From NCBI GenBank assembly GCA_951406725.2, contig OX597818.1, forward strand, positions 94,550,001-94,614,000: 64,000 nucleotides of DNA, written 5' to 3'. The DNA is from Octopus vulgaris. Its lineage: Eukaryota. The notes under the pieces were generated by a model. The model did no database searches. It was given only the letters and a program-made list of their open reading frames with translations, and was not told the origin of the DNA. The position numbers and the translations under genes were made by a program. Within the stretch, counting starts at the first letter, position 1, and every line of letters begins with the position of its first letter. Below are positions 42,448 to 55,325 of this stretch, in pieces.

Positions 42448-43049
42448 TTTTTTATGGTGGAATGTTACAATTATTAGTGTTGGGCCAAATACATAAGAAG
42501 GGTTTAGTTTCAACTTCAAATCTGCAGTGGTTGATGTTTCTATTTCTTCCCCAGGAATATACAATATGTTCTACATATGCCAAAATTGGTTTAATGGATT
42601 ATATCCATTCCTCATCTTATTTGTGGGTTTCTGCTAATCAACAGTGTGGCTGTTCAGCTGGCATTATGATCATTTAATTTCTTGACAGTGCCTCCCATCA
42701 AACTTTTGAGAATTTCAAGTTAAAAGTTCAGTGTCTCCTGACAGGAGGAGGAAATATGAAAAAGTAAAAGTAAAATGTCCCTGTAATTGCTAGGTTGATG
42801 TAAATTTTGAAACTATAATTTCATGCTTTGTTCTATTTCATTAAGAGAAGTTACAATTAATTTACTTTTTAAAAATTCCACTCACTGGTCTGAGGCCATG
42901 TTAGAACACTGCTTTCAAAAGTTTATTTGATCATTTCAGTCCCATTACTTATTTCAGGCTGATCCTTTTTTTTTTTATCACGAGTCTGCTATGTACTACA
43001 TAAACACAAAACCAGTAAATATAAAACACACATACACACACACACGCAT

Positions 43050-43208
43050 TTCCATATAGACTGTCATACAGCCATAAATTGCATTCACAAGGCATTGTTC
43101 AACTTAAAGACTATAGTAGAAGACACCTACCTAAAGTGCTATGCAATGGGATCAAATATCGAATGATGTGGTTGCCAAGTGAACTTCCTAACAACACAGC
43201 TATGCTTG
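43050..43208 (-). mobile_element. Degenerate CORE/MIR-like SINE
   Basis: ctatagtagaagacacctacctaaagtgctatgcaatggga...aacacagctatgc. Confidence 0.55.
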
Positions 43209-44133
43209 TACATGACTATACACACATGCATGTAATAAATGAGAGTTGGGGTAAAAACATGGCATACTATATTAAAACAGGTTTTGTACATTAAACAAAT
43301 GAACACCCACCCATAAAGAATTGAAAAGTATATATGAAATTGTCCTCACCAAAGACTTGGAACCTCCCACATCCTTTTGTTAGCCCAATTATAGCTGTTC
43401 ATAGAGTATTAATATGGTTTTATTGAATGGGCTTGCATATTTTTCTTTTAGCTCAGTCAATACAATATGGTTCTTCTTTTCCTTCAGATCACGTCCTTCA
43501 GCAGTTCTGCCAGGCTCTTGATAGTAGTTTGATAATTTAATTTCAAGTTCTTTTAATGGAAAAGAACCCTTTTTCATGAGGTGCTTTCCAGCAACCTATA
43601 TAATTTCTGTCTAGGTTAATTTTTTTCTTTCTTTTCCTTTTTTTTTTATTTTTTCACTCTATTCTTTCTCTCCTCAAGTTTCTTATCTTTCTCTAAGCTC
43701 CAGCTCCTCCCTGTTGCTATAAGATGATGATGGGCTAGAACTGGAACTGCTGCTCAGAGCTTCTAGTCAGCTCTGTGCTGAAGGAAGAAGAAACCTTTTG
43801 TATTTTCTCTTTCATATCTTTTCTGTTTGTGCAGATTGTTACTGAGGATGAAAGTGGGGTAGTGTTCATAGTTTGTGTAGATACTCCTAGAGTAGTGAGA
43901 TTGAGATTTTCTAAATTTTAGTCACAGCTAAGGTTGTTAATTGTAGTTAGGGCTCACTAAGGAACATAATAGTTAAATGTCACAATCAACCAATAAAAGT
44001 GTTAAGACAAGACAGTTAATATTCAGTTAAAATTGTTACATGTTAACAAGGAATAAAAAGGTTCAGAGAGAAGAAAGAATTATGCAAAGTGTTTCAGCAT
44101 AACCTTAGACTAGACAACCTTAGACAACCAGTT

Positions 44134-44236
44134 CATCATCATGATCGCTTAACGTCCGTTTTCCGTACTAGCACGGGTTGGACGGTTCGACCAGGGTCCA
44201 GGAAGCCAGGAGGCTGCACCAGGCTCCTGTCTGATT
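44134..44236 (-). mobile_element. Short young RTE-tail repeat
   Basis: catcatcatgatcgcttaacgtccgttttccgtactagcacgggttggacggttcgacc. Confidence 0.8.
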
Positions 44237-45495
44237 ACACCACTATACCTCTTTTATTATTGTCATTCTTTATTGTTTTAAAAATTCTGTCACTAACTTT
44301 TGGCCATATTTAAATCCATTTGTTTGTTCTCTCTCTTTCAAGTTTTATGAATTGGGTTCTTTCATGAAAACCACATTGCCTTAGTGTGGTATGGCTATTT
44401 ACCTAGATCTTAATTACTTGGAGGAGAAAGTCAAAGAAACTGATACAAAATATAGTTGCTATCTAGAAAATATTTCATTAATCGTTCACCCATTCTTATT
44501 TGCTTCAGTACCACCATTACTGCACTATACAAGCTAGGACATCCTGTTAAAAATCTTAACTATACCCTATATAGTGGCAAAGCTAGCTTGTACCTGAAAT
44601 ATACCACCTGTATTCTCTACTGGAGTATGATAAATCATTTTTGCTATGAAATTTGAATTAGTTTTGCCATGATTTTTTTAAGTTACACAAGTACATTGTT
44701 ATATGTTAACTCTTGTACTCAATAGGTTAATTACCATTGTTAAAACAATTACCAATTACCATTGTTAGCATTTAGAGCGAATTCTTAAATAGCTGTACAT
44801 TTAAATAGCAACTTATTTTACATTTAAAATATTCTCCTAGAAATTGGTATTGTTATGTATCCATACTAAATAACTTTTACTTGATTGAGGATCCTAGTTT
44901 TATTCAATCACCTGATTCTCCCAAGAAGATACTAAAGCACAGATGTTGTTCTTCCTGTTTCACCTGATTAGATTCTCAGTTCATCTTCTAGCAACAGCTG
45001 TTGCACTAACATTTTGTATGTAGTTTTATACTCATAAACTATTATAATTTCAATTAAATGTCATCTTTGTGTGTGTGTGTGTGTGTGAGTGTGAGTGTTT
45101 GCATGCCTGTCTGTCTGCATGCATGTGTGGCTCTGTGTATGCATGTCCGTCTGTATGTGTGTGGCTGTGTGGCTGGTTGTCTGTACATGTGTGTGTGTGT
45201 GTGTGACTGTTTGTCTCTACATGTGTGTGTGAGAAAGAGGGAAATTAATTTCCTATGTTGAGATAAAGTCACAGATTTGAAAAGGAAGGTTAGAATCTAT
45301 TGGAGTAACTTGTGTAACTGATCAGTACTAATTTGATCAATTTCAACAGGATTTGAATTCATAACCCATATATCTTCACACATTAATTATACATATGAAA
45401 ACTCTACAACTGAAAAATAATAACCAATGATTTATTTCCATCTGGAATTCAACCTCTTATCTATTATTGCTTATCAGGTAAGCATATCAGGTATA

Positions 45496-45894
45496 TCTCA
45501 AGCGCAGAATAATGCACGAACAGCGTGAATAGAATAATATTCTTATATTGCAGAAAAATTTGTCAGCAGCCAGCCATGAGACTCAAACTCACATCTCTGT
45601 GATTACCAGTCAAGTGTTTTATCTTTAAGCTAAATTGCACCACACTCCCTACAAAGCAAACTTTACATATATCATAATTTGAATTTCACATACAGCATCT
45701 ATCAAAAAGATAAGTTTATAAGTTCAAACATTGCAGAAAAATTTGTCACTGGGCAGTTTAGCTTAAAGGTAAAGCACATGACCGGTAATCACAGAGATGT
45801 GAGTTTGAGTCTCGTGGCTGCCCACTGACAAATTTTCTGTAATATAAGGATATTATTCTATTCATGCTGTTCATGCATTATTCTGCACTCGAGA
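45496..45894. repeat. ~143-bp inverted repeat (45496-45638 / 45753-45894) with ~114-bp spacer
   Basis: tctcaagcgcagaataatgcacgaacagc...agctaaattgc is the reverse complement of gcagtttagctt...gctgttcatgcattattctgcactcgaga; mismatches are mostly transitions. Confidence 0.95.
45752..45824 (+). tRNA. tRNA-Thr(GGT)-like sequence, probably a pseudo-tRNA or SINE head; an inverted, more decayed copy lies at ~45567-45639 on minus
   Basis: GGCAGTT TA GCTT AAAGGTA AAGC A CATGA CCGGTAA TCACA GAGAT GTGAG TTTGAGT CTCGT GGCTGCC. Acceptor, D and T stems pair; anticodon stem is imperfect; T-loop has TTTGA in place of TTCGA. Confidence 0.55.
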
Positions 45895-47623
45895 ATAAAT
45901 TATCTCCATATCTGTATATCTCAATACATCTCCACACTTCCTACAAAGCAAACTTTGTTTACATATATCGTAACATCAGGTATTACACTACATGCTTAAT
46001 TTGATTTAAGCATGTGTGTACATGCATACACAGGGCAAGGCCCCAGGTTCAATACTACTACATGGCTCCTTGAGAAAGTGCCTTCTATCATATACTTTTG
46101 ATTGAATTTGGTTGAGATGTAAATTGTGTAGAATCTTGTCAGATGGTTTGTAACTTTAATTCAAAGGGATAGTCCTATCATTCAGTGTTATACTGAGTAT
46201 AAGTATTATTCTAAGGGTTACAAATGTATGGACTATTCAGCTACTAACACCATTATAGAATGAGTTGGGAGTTCTTTTAATCAAACATCAGGAGCATTCA
46301 CTGTCAAAACTTGCATAGGATCCATCATATCATGTGCATGTGTGTATTGGGGATGGTAGTGATATATTTAAGGTAAACACTATCATATAAGGTTTACTTC
46401 AGTTGGTTTTTTTTTTGATGAAACTTTGGGTTTAAAAGGAATCCTGTTTGTCTTAGATGAGACAAACGTATACCAAATTTTACATTTTTCTAATATAAAG
46501 ATGTATTAACCACTTCTGGGTTTTTGTAGCATATAATGAAAAAATACAAATAGCTTTCCTCCTTATGTCAATGTCTCTAGAATTGACCCCCAAAATCATC
46601 TTTTTTTAGGTTAAGTTAGTGCTGCAGAGAGAGTATGAGACATTTTGTCACCACCTATTTGGCATCACTGATTCGATGTGGACATATTTTGTATTATGTG
46701 TTTTAATGTTTCTCTCATTCTCTCTCCCTTCTCTTTATGTGTGTGAGCATATTTCTTTTTGTGTATGAGAAAAGGGAAAATGTTAATCTCTCTCTCACAC
46801 ACACACAAACACATATATTCTCTCTCTATCTGTATTTGTATATCTTAGCATGTGCATGCATGTGTTTTTGTTTGCCTCCAACCAAAACAGGTTGACTGTC
46901 CAGTCAGCTATGCCAAATCGTCAGCATCCAAACCACTGTAGAGTGGCTTACCATATTGCAAACCAGTGCAACTCTTGAAAGACACAACTGTGTTTCTTCT
47001 CTCATCTTCATGCCATCATTATCAGAAACATTTTTGAGTCTGTTTCCCTATACTACTGTAAAGAAGGCTGCTATAAAACATACCAACAGTAATCTGTCAT
47101 TCATTGTTTTTTCTGGGAAACCCAATATCTTGAGATCTATATTAATCTCAACTTCTTATGTCTTCTTTGTCTCCTTGCCTCAATACCTAATGTTTTGAGG
47201 TCTAACTTAATCTCAACTTCTTATCTTTTCCATTAACATCACATTGTACAATTTTCCCAATGCCCAATGTCCATTCATGTCACATGCCCATACTTCAACA
47301 TTGTCATCTATCCTACACACACCAGCCAATACCTTTAACACTCAGCTACTATCCACTTGTACTCCACCTCTCATGCATTTTAACATTACACACTTCTTTC
47401 TTCATCTCTCTCTAGCTTATACAGAATCTTCACAATGTTTATACCTGCACAGTTACCTTTCCTATACACTTCGATATCGTATTTCACCTCTGCCAAGTTA
47501 ATAAAGTATCCATGGTGTACTGGATTTATCCAACTTACAGGGTTGTTCCCTTCCCTTAAAAAAATTGGCTAGTACTAAATGAAAATAACCAGTATTTAAA
47601 ATAAAATATATTCATACATCCAA

Positions 47624-47670
<47 letters not shown>

Positions 47671-48577
47671 ATGTATGTATGTATGTTGTGTGTGTATGTA
47701 TATTTGTATGTATGTTTACTATACATACACATAAGCAATGTTATTAATGTTGCCTCACCAAGACAATTCCTCTGTGTATACATTAATGATCTATTAGCAA
47801 CTGGCTACATACAGCAAAAATTGTTGTCAACATTATTTTTTAAACTTGTATTTAGGTGGGGAGGAGAATAAAGGAATAGCATCAGAAAAATGTTTAGATT
47901 GGGATGAAAGTGCACCTAGTTGGGCTGAAATTTTAAAAGTAGCAACAACATGAAAAGATTGCTACTGGAAAAAGCTGAGAAGAAAGGGAATTTGTCTTAA
48001 TTGCTGTCATAAGCTGTTGTCAATAGGCATGTCTGACTGATGGAAACCTGCCAAGGTATTGTTCACATCAACAAGAGGAAACATTTCTCACCTTTCAACC
48101 TCCACTTGGACTATTTTCCAAAGTTTGAGATAAAACCAGACAATTCTGGTATCTTTCCCACATCCATGACCACCACCACTACTATCATAATCATCACCTA
48201 ATCCTCAATATGATCATCATCACCACCACTGCCTCCACTACTGGCAATGCTGCTCCTTCTCTCCAGCTATCAGGTGAAAAAAATGAGTTTTGACATCAAC
48301 CTTACTGCAATCAATACGGTGTCAAATTCTTGCGACAAAATTAATTGCTGCTGCAATCTAGCTGTAGCTTGCACAGATCAAGTAAGCCTTCCATCATTGC
48401 ACATCATCATTGCTGTATCTTATACTTTCACTAGAATCTCACCAACAAAGCTAGATGACATTGCACGCCATGGAATCCTTCCAAAAGCTGATTTCTGCTC
48501 AACTACCAACCAATCATCTCCGACAAATGATCCATGTGCACATTTAATGCACACACATACAATCACACACATACAAT

Positions 48578-48620
<43 letters not shown>

Positions 48621-49139
48621 TGTATGCATGTAAATGTATGTGCACATGAATGTATGCTCATACAAACTTAGACAAGCAGTTTCATAAAACAACTGAATTT
48701 TTTGTTTATTTTTAAAGAAAAGTGGAATTTGGAACAGAGCTTAAAAGGTTCTTAGAATGATATACAATCATTCTTTATACAAAGATAAATACTAACTGAT
48801 AAATTAATTGACTGGCAAGTATCCTTAACTCGTTTACATTTTTGATGCAGAGGGTGTCAGCTATGCCTTTTATATTGTATTACTGACATTGATAGACTGC
48901 TGATATAGGCAAGGAGGGTTGAAGGACAGAAAAAAGTTTCCAATATAGTTGATGGGAATGGGTGGGCACATTGCAATTGTCTGGATCATTCCAACTAGAA
49001 AACTTTAAAAGAATTCAACAGTGGCAGAATTTCAGAATATGTTCTATCCTCTCATAATCTTTTTAGTATTGTCATTGTCACTATTTCACTTGTGCATGCT
49101 TATTTAGCAGCTATTTTATCTCGAAGCATAGTGACAAGA

Positions 49140-49650
49140 AGTCTCACATGTCAAGAATCTTTCTTAAGATTCTTTCAGAATATAGGCTGGTACTTTCCTG
49201 CAGGTCAACAACGAGTGTTTCAATTCTGATTTCTTTCAGTCTTTTAGGTAGCACTTTATCAAGTACACCAGTTATTCCAGGAATAATTGTTGTTTTTCTC
49301 TTCCACAGTCTCAACTCTCTGGCTAGATTCTCATATTTCTCAAGTTTTTAAGTTTTTTTGATATCAACTCTACTATCATAGAGAATCACAAAATGTATGA
49401 TCTTACACTGTTTGTTTATTTTGTCCTCCATAATCGTATCTAGTCTTCTTGTTTCAATAATATAGTCAGTGTTTCTGGGGAAGTCCCACAAGATCTTGTA
49501 ATTATCATTTTCTGTCACAGCCTCTGACTTGTGTTCATACCACTTTTCTGTTGTTTTGAAGCCACACACTTGGCTAACATCCCAACACAGTTATGTCTGT
49601 GATTATACTCCTTATGTGCTAGTATACTGCACTCGCTCAAAATGTGATTA
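49140..49650 (-). pseudogene. C-terminal fragment of an RLE-type non-LTR retrotransposon (R4/Dong/NeSL-like)
   Basis: HILSECSILAHKEYNHRHNCVG...KWYEHKSEAVTENDNYKILWDF...TDYIIETRRLDTIMEDKINKQCKIIHFVI...KYENLAREL: end of the CCHC motif, RHN and a decayed PD-(D/E)xK nuclease. Confidence 0.8.
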
Positions 49651-49668
49651 CTACTGCTACTGCTGCTG

Positions 49669-50150
49669 CAGTGAGCTAGCAGAATCATTAGCATGACAGG
49701 AAAAGTATTTAGTGGCATTCCATTTGTCTTTGTGTTCTGAGTTCAAATTCTGCCGAGGTTGACTTTGTCTTTCATCCATTCGGGGTCAATAAATTAAATG
49801 CCAGTTGAACATAGGGATCAATGTGATCGACTTAATCCCCTCCTCCAAGCTGCCCTTGTGACAAAAAAATCATCATCATCATCATCATCATCACCATCAC
49901 CATCATCATCATCATCATCATTATTATTATTATTATGACAGTGAGGTAGCAGAATCATTAGCATGCCTGGAAAAATATTTAGTGGCATTCCACCTGTCAT
50001 TACATTCTGAGTTCAAATTCCACCAAGGCCAACTTTGCCTTTCGTCCTTTCAGGGTCAATAAATTAAGTACCAGTTGCGTACTGGGGATGATCAAATCGA
50101 CTGGTCCTTTTTCCCCAAATTTCAGGCCTTGTGCCTATAGTAGAAAGGAT
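49669..50150 (+). mobile_element. Two tandem SINE family A copies (49669-49870 and 49939-50150) with (CAT)/(TTA) tails
   Basis: Both start cagtgag.tagcagaatcattagcatg and match 16621-16840. Confidence 0.88.
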
Positions 50151-50158
50151 TATTATTA

Positions 50159-50205
<47 letters not shown>
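50149..50205. repeat. (TTA)n microsatellite
   Basis: Direct inspection. Confidence 0.95.
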
Positions 50206-50206
<1 letters not shown>

Positions 50207-52097
50207 CTTAAATCTCACCCATTACAAATCTTTAAAAACATTCCAAAATTCTTGTTTTTTTGTCCTCTCTTTCCATTTTGGAAAACATAACCGACCATAA
50301 TTTTTTTTTCTTTTTGGCTGTATCAGTTTTTCTGAATTATCCTTTGAACATAGGAAATTACAATTCTTGAGAAAAAATAATCACAAATTCAGTTGTTTTG
50401 GAAAGAAGAAAACCTTTTCCCTAAAGTACATTCTAGTAAAATGCCCAAGACTATTATTAAAAGTAATGTGTATTCAGTTATGGATGTATATTGTACTCGC
50501 CTTTCAAGATTAAAGAATCTTTACTATATGATGTTCTTCCTTGCTTGCTCAAGACAACATAACTGTAACCAAGAAAAAGAACAGAAGAGAGAGAGAGAGA
50601 GAAGGTGGAAGGACCAAGATCAGTAAGTGAGGGGAACAAGAGTATGATGATAGAAACAGTGTGTTTGGGTTGAGAAGGTGGTAGAAGGAAATATGTTATT
50701 TCCCTCTAGCACCTGTAATGAAGTTGCAGTTCTTTGGACATTGATCCATTCTGAACAATAGTAACTATGTCATCTTAAGCATTTCTAGCTTTGTGTGTAT
50801 GTGTAAAAGACAAAGACATTATTGGCTTCTTTCTTGTATCGAATGTTTTTTTGGGGTTATTTTTGTTATTTAGTGAAGCTAAAGCTGTACAGCTCATCAC
50901 CTTTATAGACTTCTCTATAGAAGTTGGGTCAGTGTGGTTGATGTTCACATTGAACCTCTGTAGGTTGGGTTGAAGTGGTAGGTAGCATGCTATCTCAGAA
51001 GAACAGAAGCCATTACAGTAGCAATAGATAACAAAGAGAAGAGCAAATCTGTGAGCCAATGTAGTATTGGTAAGTCTTTGTCAATCAATTGCATTGTTTT
51101 TGTTTTTCTTTCAATGCAGTCTAGGATGCTTGTATGTGTAGTAGCAGCAGCAGCACTGTCCCAGATATGTAAACAGGTAGATGCATCAAACCACCATTAC
51201 CACTGCTGCAGTAGACTAGAAACTTATTGTTTGACCAAAATATAATTCTGTTTTTATTTATAGATTGCAATGTGATATCAGTGAAGCTTGTGTAGAATAT
51301 CATTAGAACTATTAGCCATTGTGGTTGATTGATGCATTGGTCGTAATACTGTCACACATCTAGATATCATTTTGTGCTTTGCTGGAGGTGATGGGGCTGT
51401 TGGTGGTAATAGAGGGAATTAAACATGTGCTTTCTAATGATGAATTAGACAGGACTTCTTTTGTTCTCTTTATAATACAAGTAATCCAATATCAGTCCTA
51501 CATAACCAATTGCTTAGAACACATCTGTCATTAATCTCCAGTTAATCAATGTTGGACTTGTCTAATGTTTACCAAAATGGCACATTGGTGAGTAGGTAAT
51601 GTCAGCCTCTTCTGAAGAACATCAAAATCAATAGTTCAATCTGACAGCTTGAAGGTGAAGATCTTTCTCTAGGTGGCCTGTATGAAGTTGTATGTTTTCT
51701 TTATTACATTTATTCAATTCTTTCTTCTGTAGCTAACTTACTGTTTTTCTTGGATCTTTTATGGATGGGAATTAATAGTGTGAGTGACTATGATATGTGT
51801 TGTGGAGAGAGAAATGGGGATAGAGAAAAGACATTCACAGACAGTGAAGTCAAGTTCACACACTAAATGGTCATTTGTATTCTGTCACAGGAGCTCTTTA
51901 CCTGACAAATATACTTTTAACTTGGTTCACTTAGAAGGTAGTTTATTGTAGTAAGTAGTGGGGGAGCAATGTATATTGATGAATGTAAGACATGGATTGC
52001 TCAACAAGAAACCAACACCTGTACAGCTTTTAAATAACTATGTGAGGGAAGAAAACTTTTGTGTAGACAAGTGATGCAGTAGTTTACATACAACTGT

Positions 52098-52120
52098 TGC
52101 TGCTGCTGCTACTACTACTG

Positions 52121-52164
<44 letters not shown>
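52098..52164. repeat. (CTG)/(CTA)n microsatellite
   Basis: Direct inspection. Confidence 0.95.
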
Positions 52165-52165
<1 letters not shown>

Positions 52166-52899
52166 TCACAAGTACTGCTAGCACCACTTCTACTTAAATA
52201 AGATATTACTGTATTTTTTGTCATTTCATTAGATTTAAATGAGACATAGCATTTTCCATATTGTCTTTAAATTTAAATTAACATCAATAATTAATATGAT
52301 GCCCTTTTGTTATGTAGAAGACAGGATCACCTGATGTCAGTGGCTTAGATTTTAGTTTGGAGTAATATTCAATTAACACTTTCTTCAATTGAATGAGACC
52401 ATTTGTTTCAATGTAAGGACTATGTACTACTAAGAAATACCAATTACATATAATCTACATTTCATGACATTGATTAGTTGAGATTGTTGATATATTTCAC
52501 TTGCAATGTGTTTGTTTTGAACTTTATTTCAATCTAAAAACGAATGCGGATTTTAACATTCAAGGCTTAATTGTTCTTAGGGAAGGTCTGATGGAAATTA
52601 CTGCCGAGAATGTGAAACCACTGAATACATACATTCAGTGTTTAGTTTTGTAATATTACTTAAAATAATCATATAATTAAAATAATAAATAATGATAATT
52701 TACACTGTGTTTGTGTTTGCAGTCACCTGGAGACTGAAATAACAAATGGAGTGGGAGTGAGTGGCAGTCAGAGACATTATAATAATGTGAGGGCAAAATG
52801 GGTGGTTTTGCTATGGCTGGAGTATCAGTTATTTTGATCAAAATGAAACCTCAAATTTTTGTCATAAATTTTGCAAGCAATATTTTTTTATTAAGTTCA

Positions 52900-53120
52900 T
52901 AGTTGGCAAGCTGGCAGATTCATTAGCATGTCAGACGAAATACTTAGGAGCATTTAGTTGGTCTTCACGTTCTGAGTTCGAATTCCGCTGAGGTTGACTT
53001 TGGCTTTCATTCTTTCCAGGTCAATAAAATAAGTACTAGTTGAGTACTGGGGTTCATGTAATCAACTTACCCCACTCCCCTGAAAATTACTGGCCTTGTG
53101 CCATAATTTGAAATCATTAA
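52900..53120 (+). mobile_element. SINE family A
   Basis: ggcaagctggcagattcattagcatg...ctgagttcgaattccgctgaggttgactttgg...ggccttgtgcc. Confidence 0.85.
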
Positions 53121-53938
53121 TTTCAAGAGGTAAAACAAGATTTTATATTTATATTCAAAGGGCAGAAAAAAATCAAACACATTGTGCAGATTTTTAAATG
53201 GAAGTTCACATACACATTTATGATCTGACAAAAACACACATACAAGTACACATACACATAGACAAACATTCATAGACATACATGAATTCATGTATACATG
53301 CATGCACACACACACACAGACTCACACACAAGTGATACAACTTTTATTTTTGTGACTAAGACTTATGTTTGACTGCTAGTGAGAGAGAATAAAATCAAGT
53401 GAGTTACAATAAGTTTTAAAGCTGGTCAAAATAGGCGGTATTGTATTATTAAATAGAAAAAGCAGATGAAAAATCAATCAGTCACAAACAAAACACACTG
53501 GTGATCATTTTAGAAAAATTACTTTCAAACAAAAGAGAAGAAATAGTTTAATATTTAATTTCATATATATAACAAATGGTAGCACTAACATTAATGTTGT
53601 CTAGGTAACTACTAACAAAATTTGTTACAATATCACTGCAAAGAGTTGATATGACTGACTGGTCAAGGCACAGGTCCAATTTATGTCAAATTATATCATA
53701 GACATCTTATTTATGTTACAAGACAACAGATACTAGTTCAGTTGTGCATAGGAGCTTATTGGTTTAGGGAGTTGAAAAACACATGCTTTAGATACACTTA
53801 TTTGTTTCAGTCATTAGACTATGGCCATCCTGGGATACCATGTTGGAAGGTTTTTAGACAATCATATTGACCCTAAACATTATTTATTTTCATGTATAGT
53901 ACTTAATTACCAATTTCTCTTGATTGCAATGTGGTTAG

Positions 53939-53939
<1 letters not shown>

Positions 53940-53994
<55 letters not shown>
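53940..53994. repeat. (TA)n(GA)n microsatellite
   Basis: Direct inspection. Confidence 0.95.
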
Positions 53995-54261
53995 TGGGGG
54001 GGGGCATAGCTTGCTCCTATTTCAAAGCTTGACTACTTCTTGTGAGATGTGCTTTTTCTGTGTATGGGCATGTTAGTGGCTTTTAAGTCTCAAGTCTCTT
54101 TGAATTTGCATTAGAAACAGTGGCACAGTGTTGTTTGTCTAGTCTGATTTGTGGATATTTAAATAACCTTTTAGACCAGCAGGGGGCTTATATGTCCTAT
54201 TATAAATATGTCATATTAGCTTGTCTGCTGGAATGATCTTTGTGACACTTGGATCAACTGT

Positions 54262-54770
54262 ATGAAGATGAGTTCTGAGATGTGAAGTTAAATCAGTCTT
54301 ATAAAAGGCAAGTCTTACCACACGTTGAGCAACTAAAGGATGAAACTGTTTCTGTGTTTAGTAAGGTGTTATTTTTCTGTTGTTTGCTTCTCTTTTTGCA
54401 AACTTTTGTTTCTTTTCTTCAAAAATAGATTCAACATCTTTGTATGGTGTATTCGAATCTGCAAGACTGGTTTTTTAGCTAGTCTTAAGACTTGTTTTTT
54501 TGGTTTGCACTTTTTTTTCCACTTCCCAACAGATAGCTCACCATGAAAAACTCTGCTTCAGAATGCACTCATCCTCTATCCGTATTAAATGGCTAGTCCA
54601 CCTCAGCTGATTGGAAACCAGTGTTGTGTAAATTGATGAGATTCCTACTCTTCCAGAAGTTTTAGGGGTTGCATGGACAATTCTGTAAATTTGATGAAGA
54701 CACTTTTGATGAAAACATTCTCAGGATTTTATATGGTGGTTGTAAACAATCCATGTTTCCACTGAATAAA
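54262..54770 (-). pseudogene. RTE-clade LINE C-terminal fragment with terminal C2H2-like finger
   Basis: Minus strand: NQLRWTSHLIRIEDECILKQ/FHGELSVG...FSCSTCGKTC/LTSHLRTH, matching RTE QLRWAGH..RM..YGEL and the terminal CxxC..SH.RTH motif. Confidence 0.75.
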
Positions 54771-55116
54771 GAAGGGAAGCTAGAATAAATACATAATAGG
54801 CCAAAATTTTTATGTTGACCTTAATTTGCTGTTGTGTTTGGAAGTGTCTCCTTGTCTCAAGTTTGTGTGCTGGTTGTAAATGAATGTATAGTCATTCAAG
54901 GAATATTGTTTGTTTGCAATCTTCTGTGAAATCATAGTCAGTTGTTGTATTGTTTGTGTTTGAAAGACTAGAGGAAAGTTCACCTTACATGAAAGTAGGT
55001 GAGAATTGGTGATAGGAAAAGCTGTAAAAAATCTGCCTAAATTTTGTCTGATACATGCAAACATGGAAAAGTTGACATTAGAATGATTATGGTCACACAC
55101 ACATTTATATATGCAA

Positions 55117-55325
55117 TGGTATGGGTACATAAACTGGATCGAGATTGATGACTACATAAGCAAGTGCTAAGTGCTTAAAGTGAATAGTACCTTTGGAAGA
55201 GAAAGACTGAGGAAGACTCAGAATGATATGGAGAAAAATGATCTTAAGGTGATATATCTGATGAAGAAGATGATGGGACTTTATTGAGTGGTACTATGTG
55301 GTGATGCAGAAGACCCAACCTCCTG
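55117..55325 (+). pseudogene. RTE-clade LINE C-terminal remnant
   Basis: WYGYINWIEIDDYISKC*VLKVNSTFGRERLRKTQNDMEKNDL resembles WYGHV.RM...GRGRPRKTW...V..DL; followed by the gaagaccc motif that opens the 3' UTR. Confidence 0.6.

Noticed and set aside
45752-45824. Functional tRNA-Thr gene
   Set aside because: The anticodon stem is mismatched, the T-loop reads TTTGA, position 33 is C, and it sits inside an inverted repeat; treated as a pseudo-tRNA.
46880-47000. Minus-strand DADDLA motif resembling the RT YADD box
   Set aside because: Too short and degenerate to annotate; possibly an old LINE scrap.
54262-54340. C2H2 zinc finger (CSTCGKTC...SHLRTH) as a host ZNF gene
   Set aside because: It is a single, frameshifted finger continuous with RTE C-terminal motifs, so it is the LINE's terminal finger.
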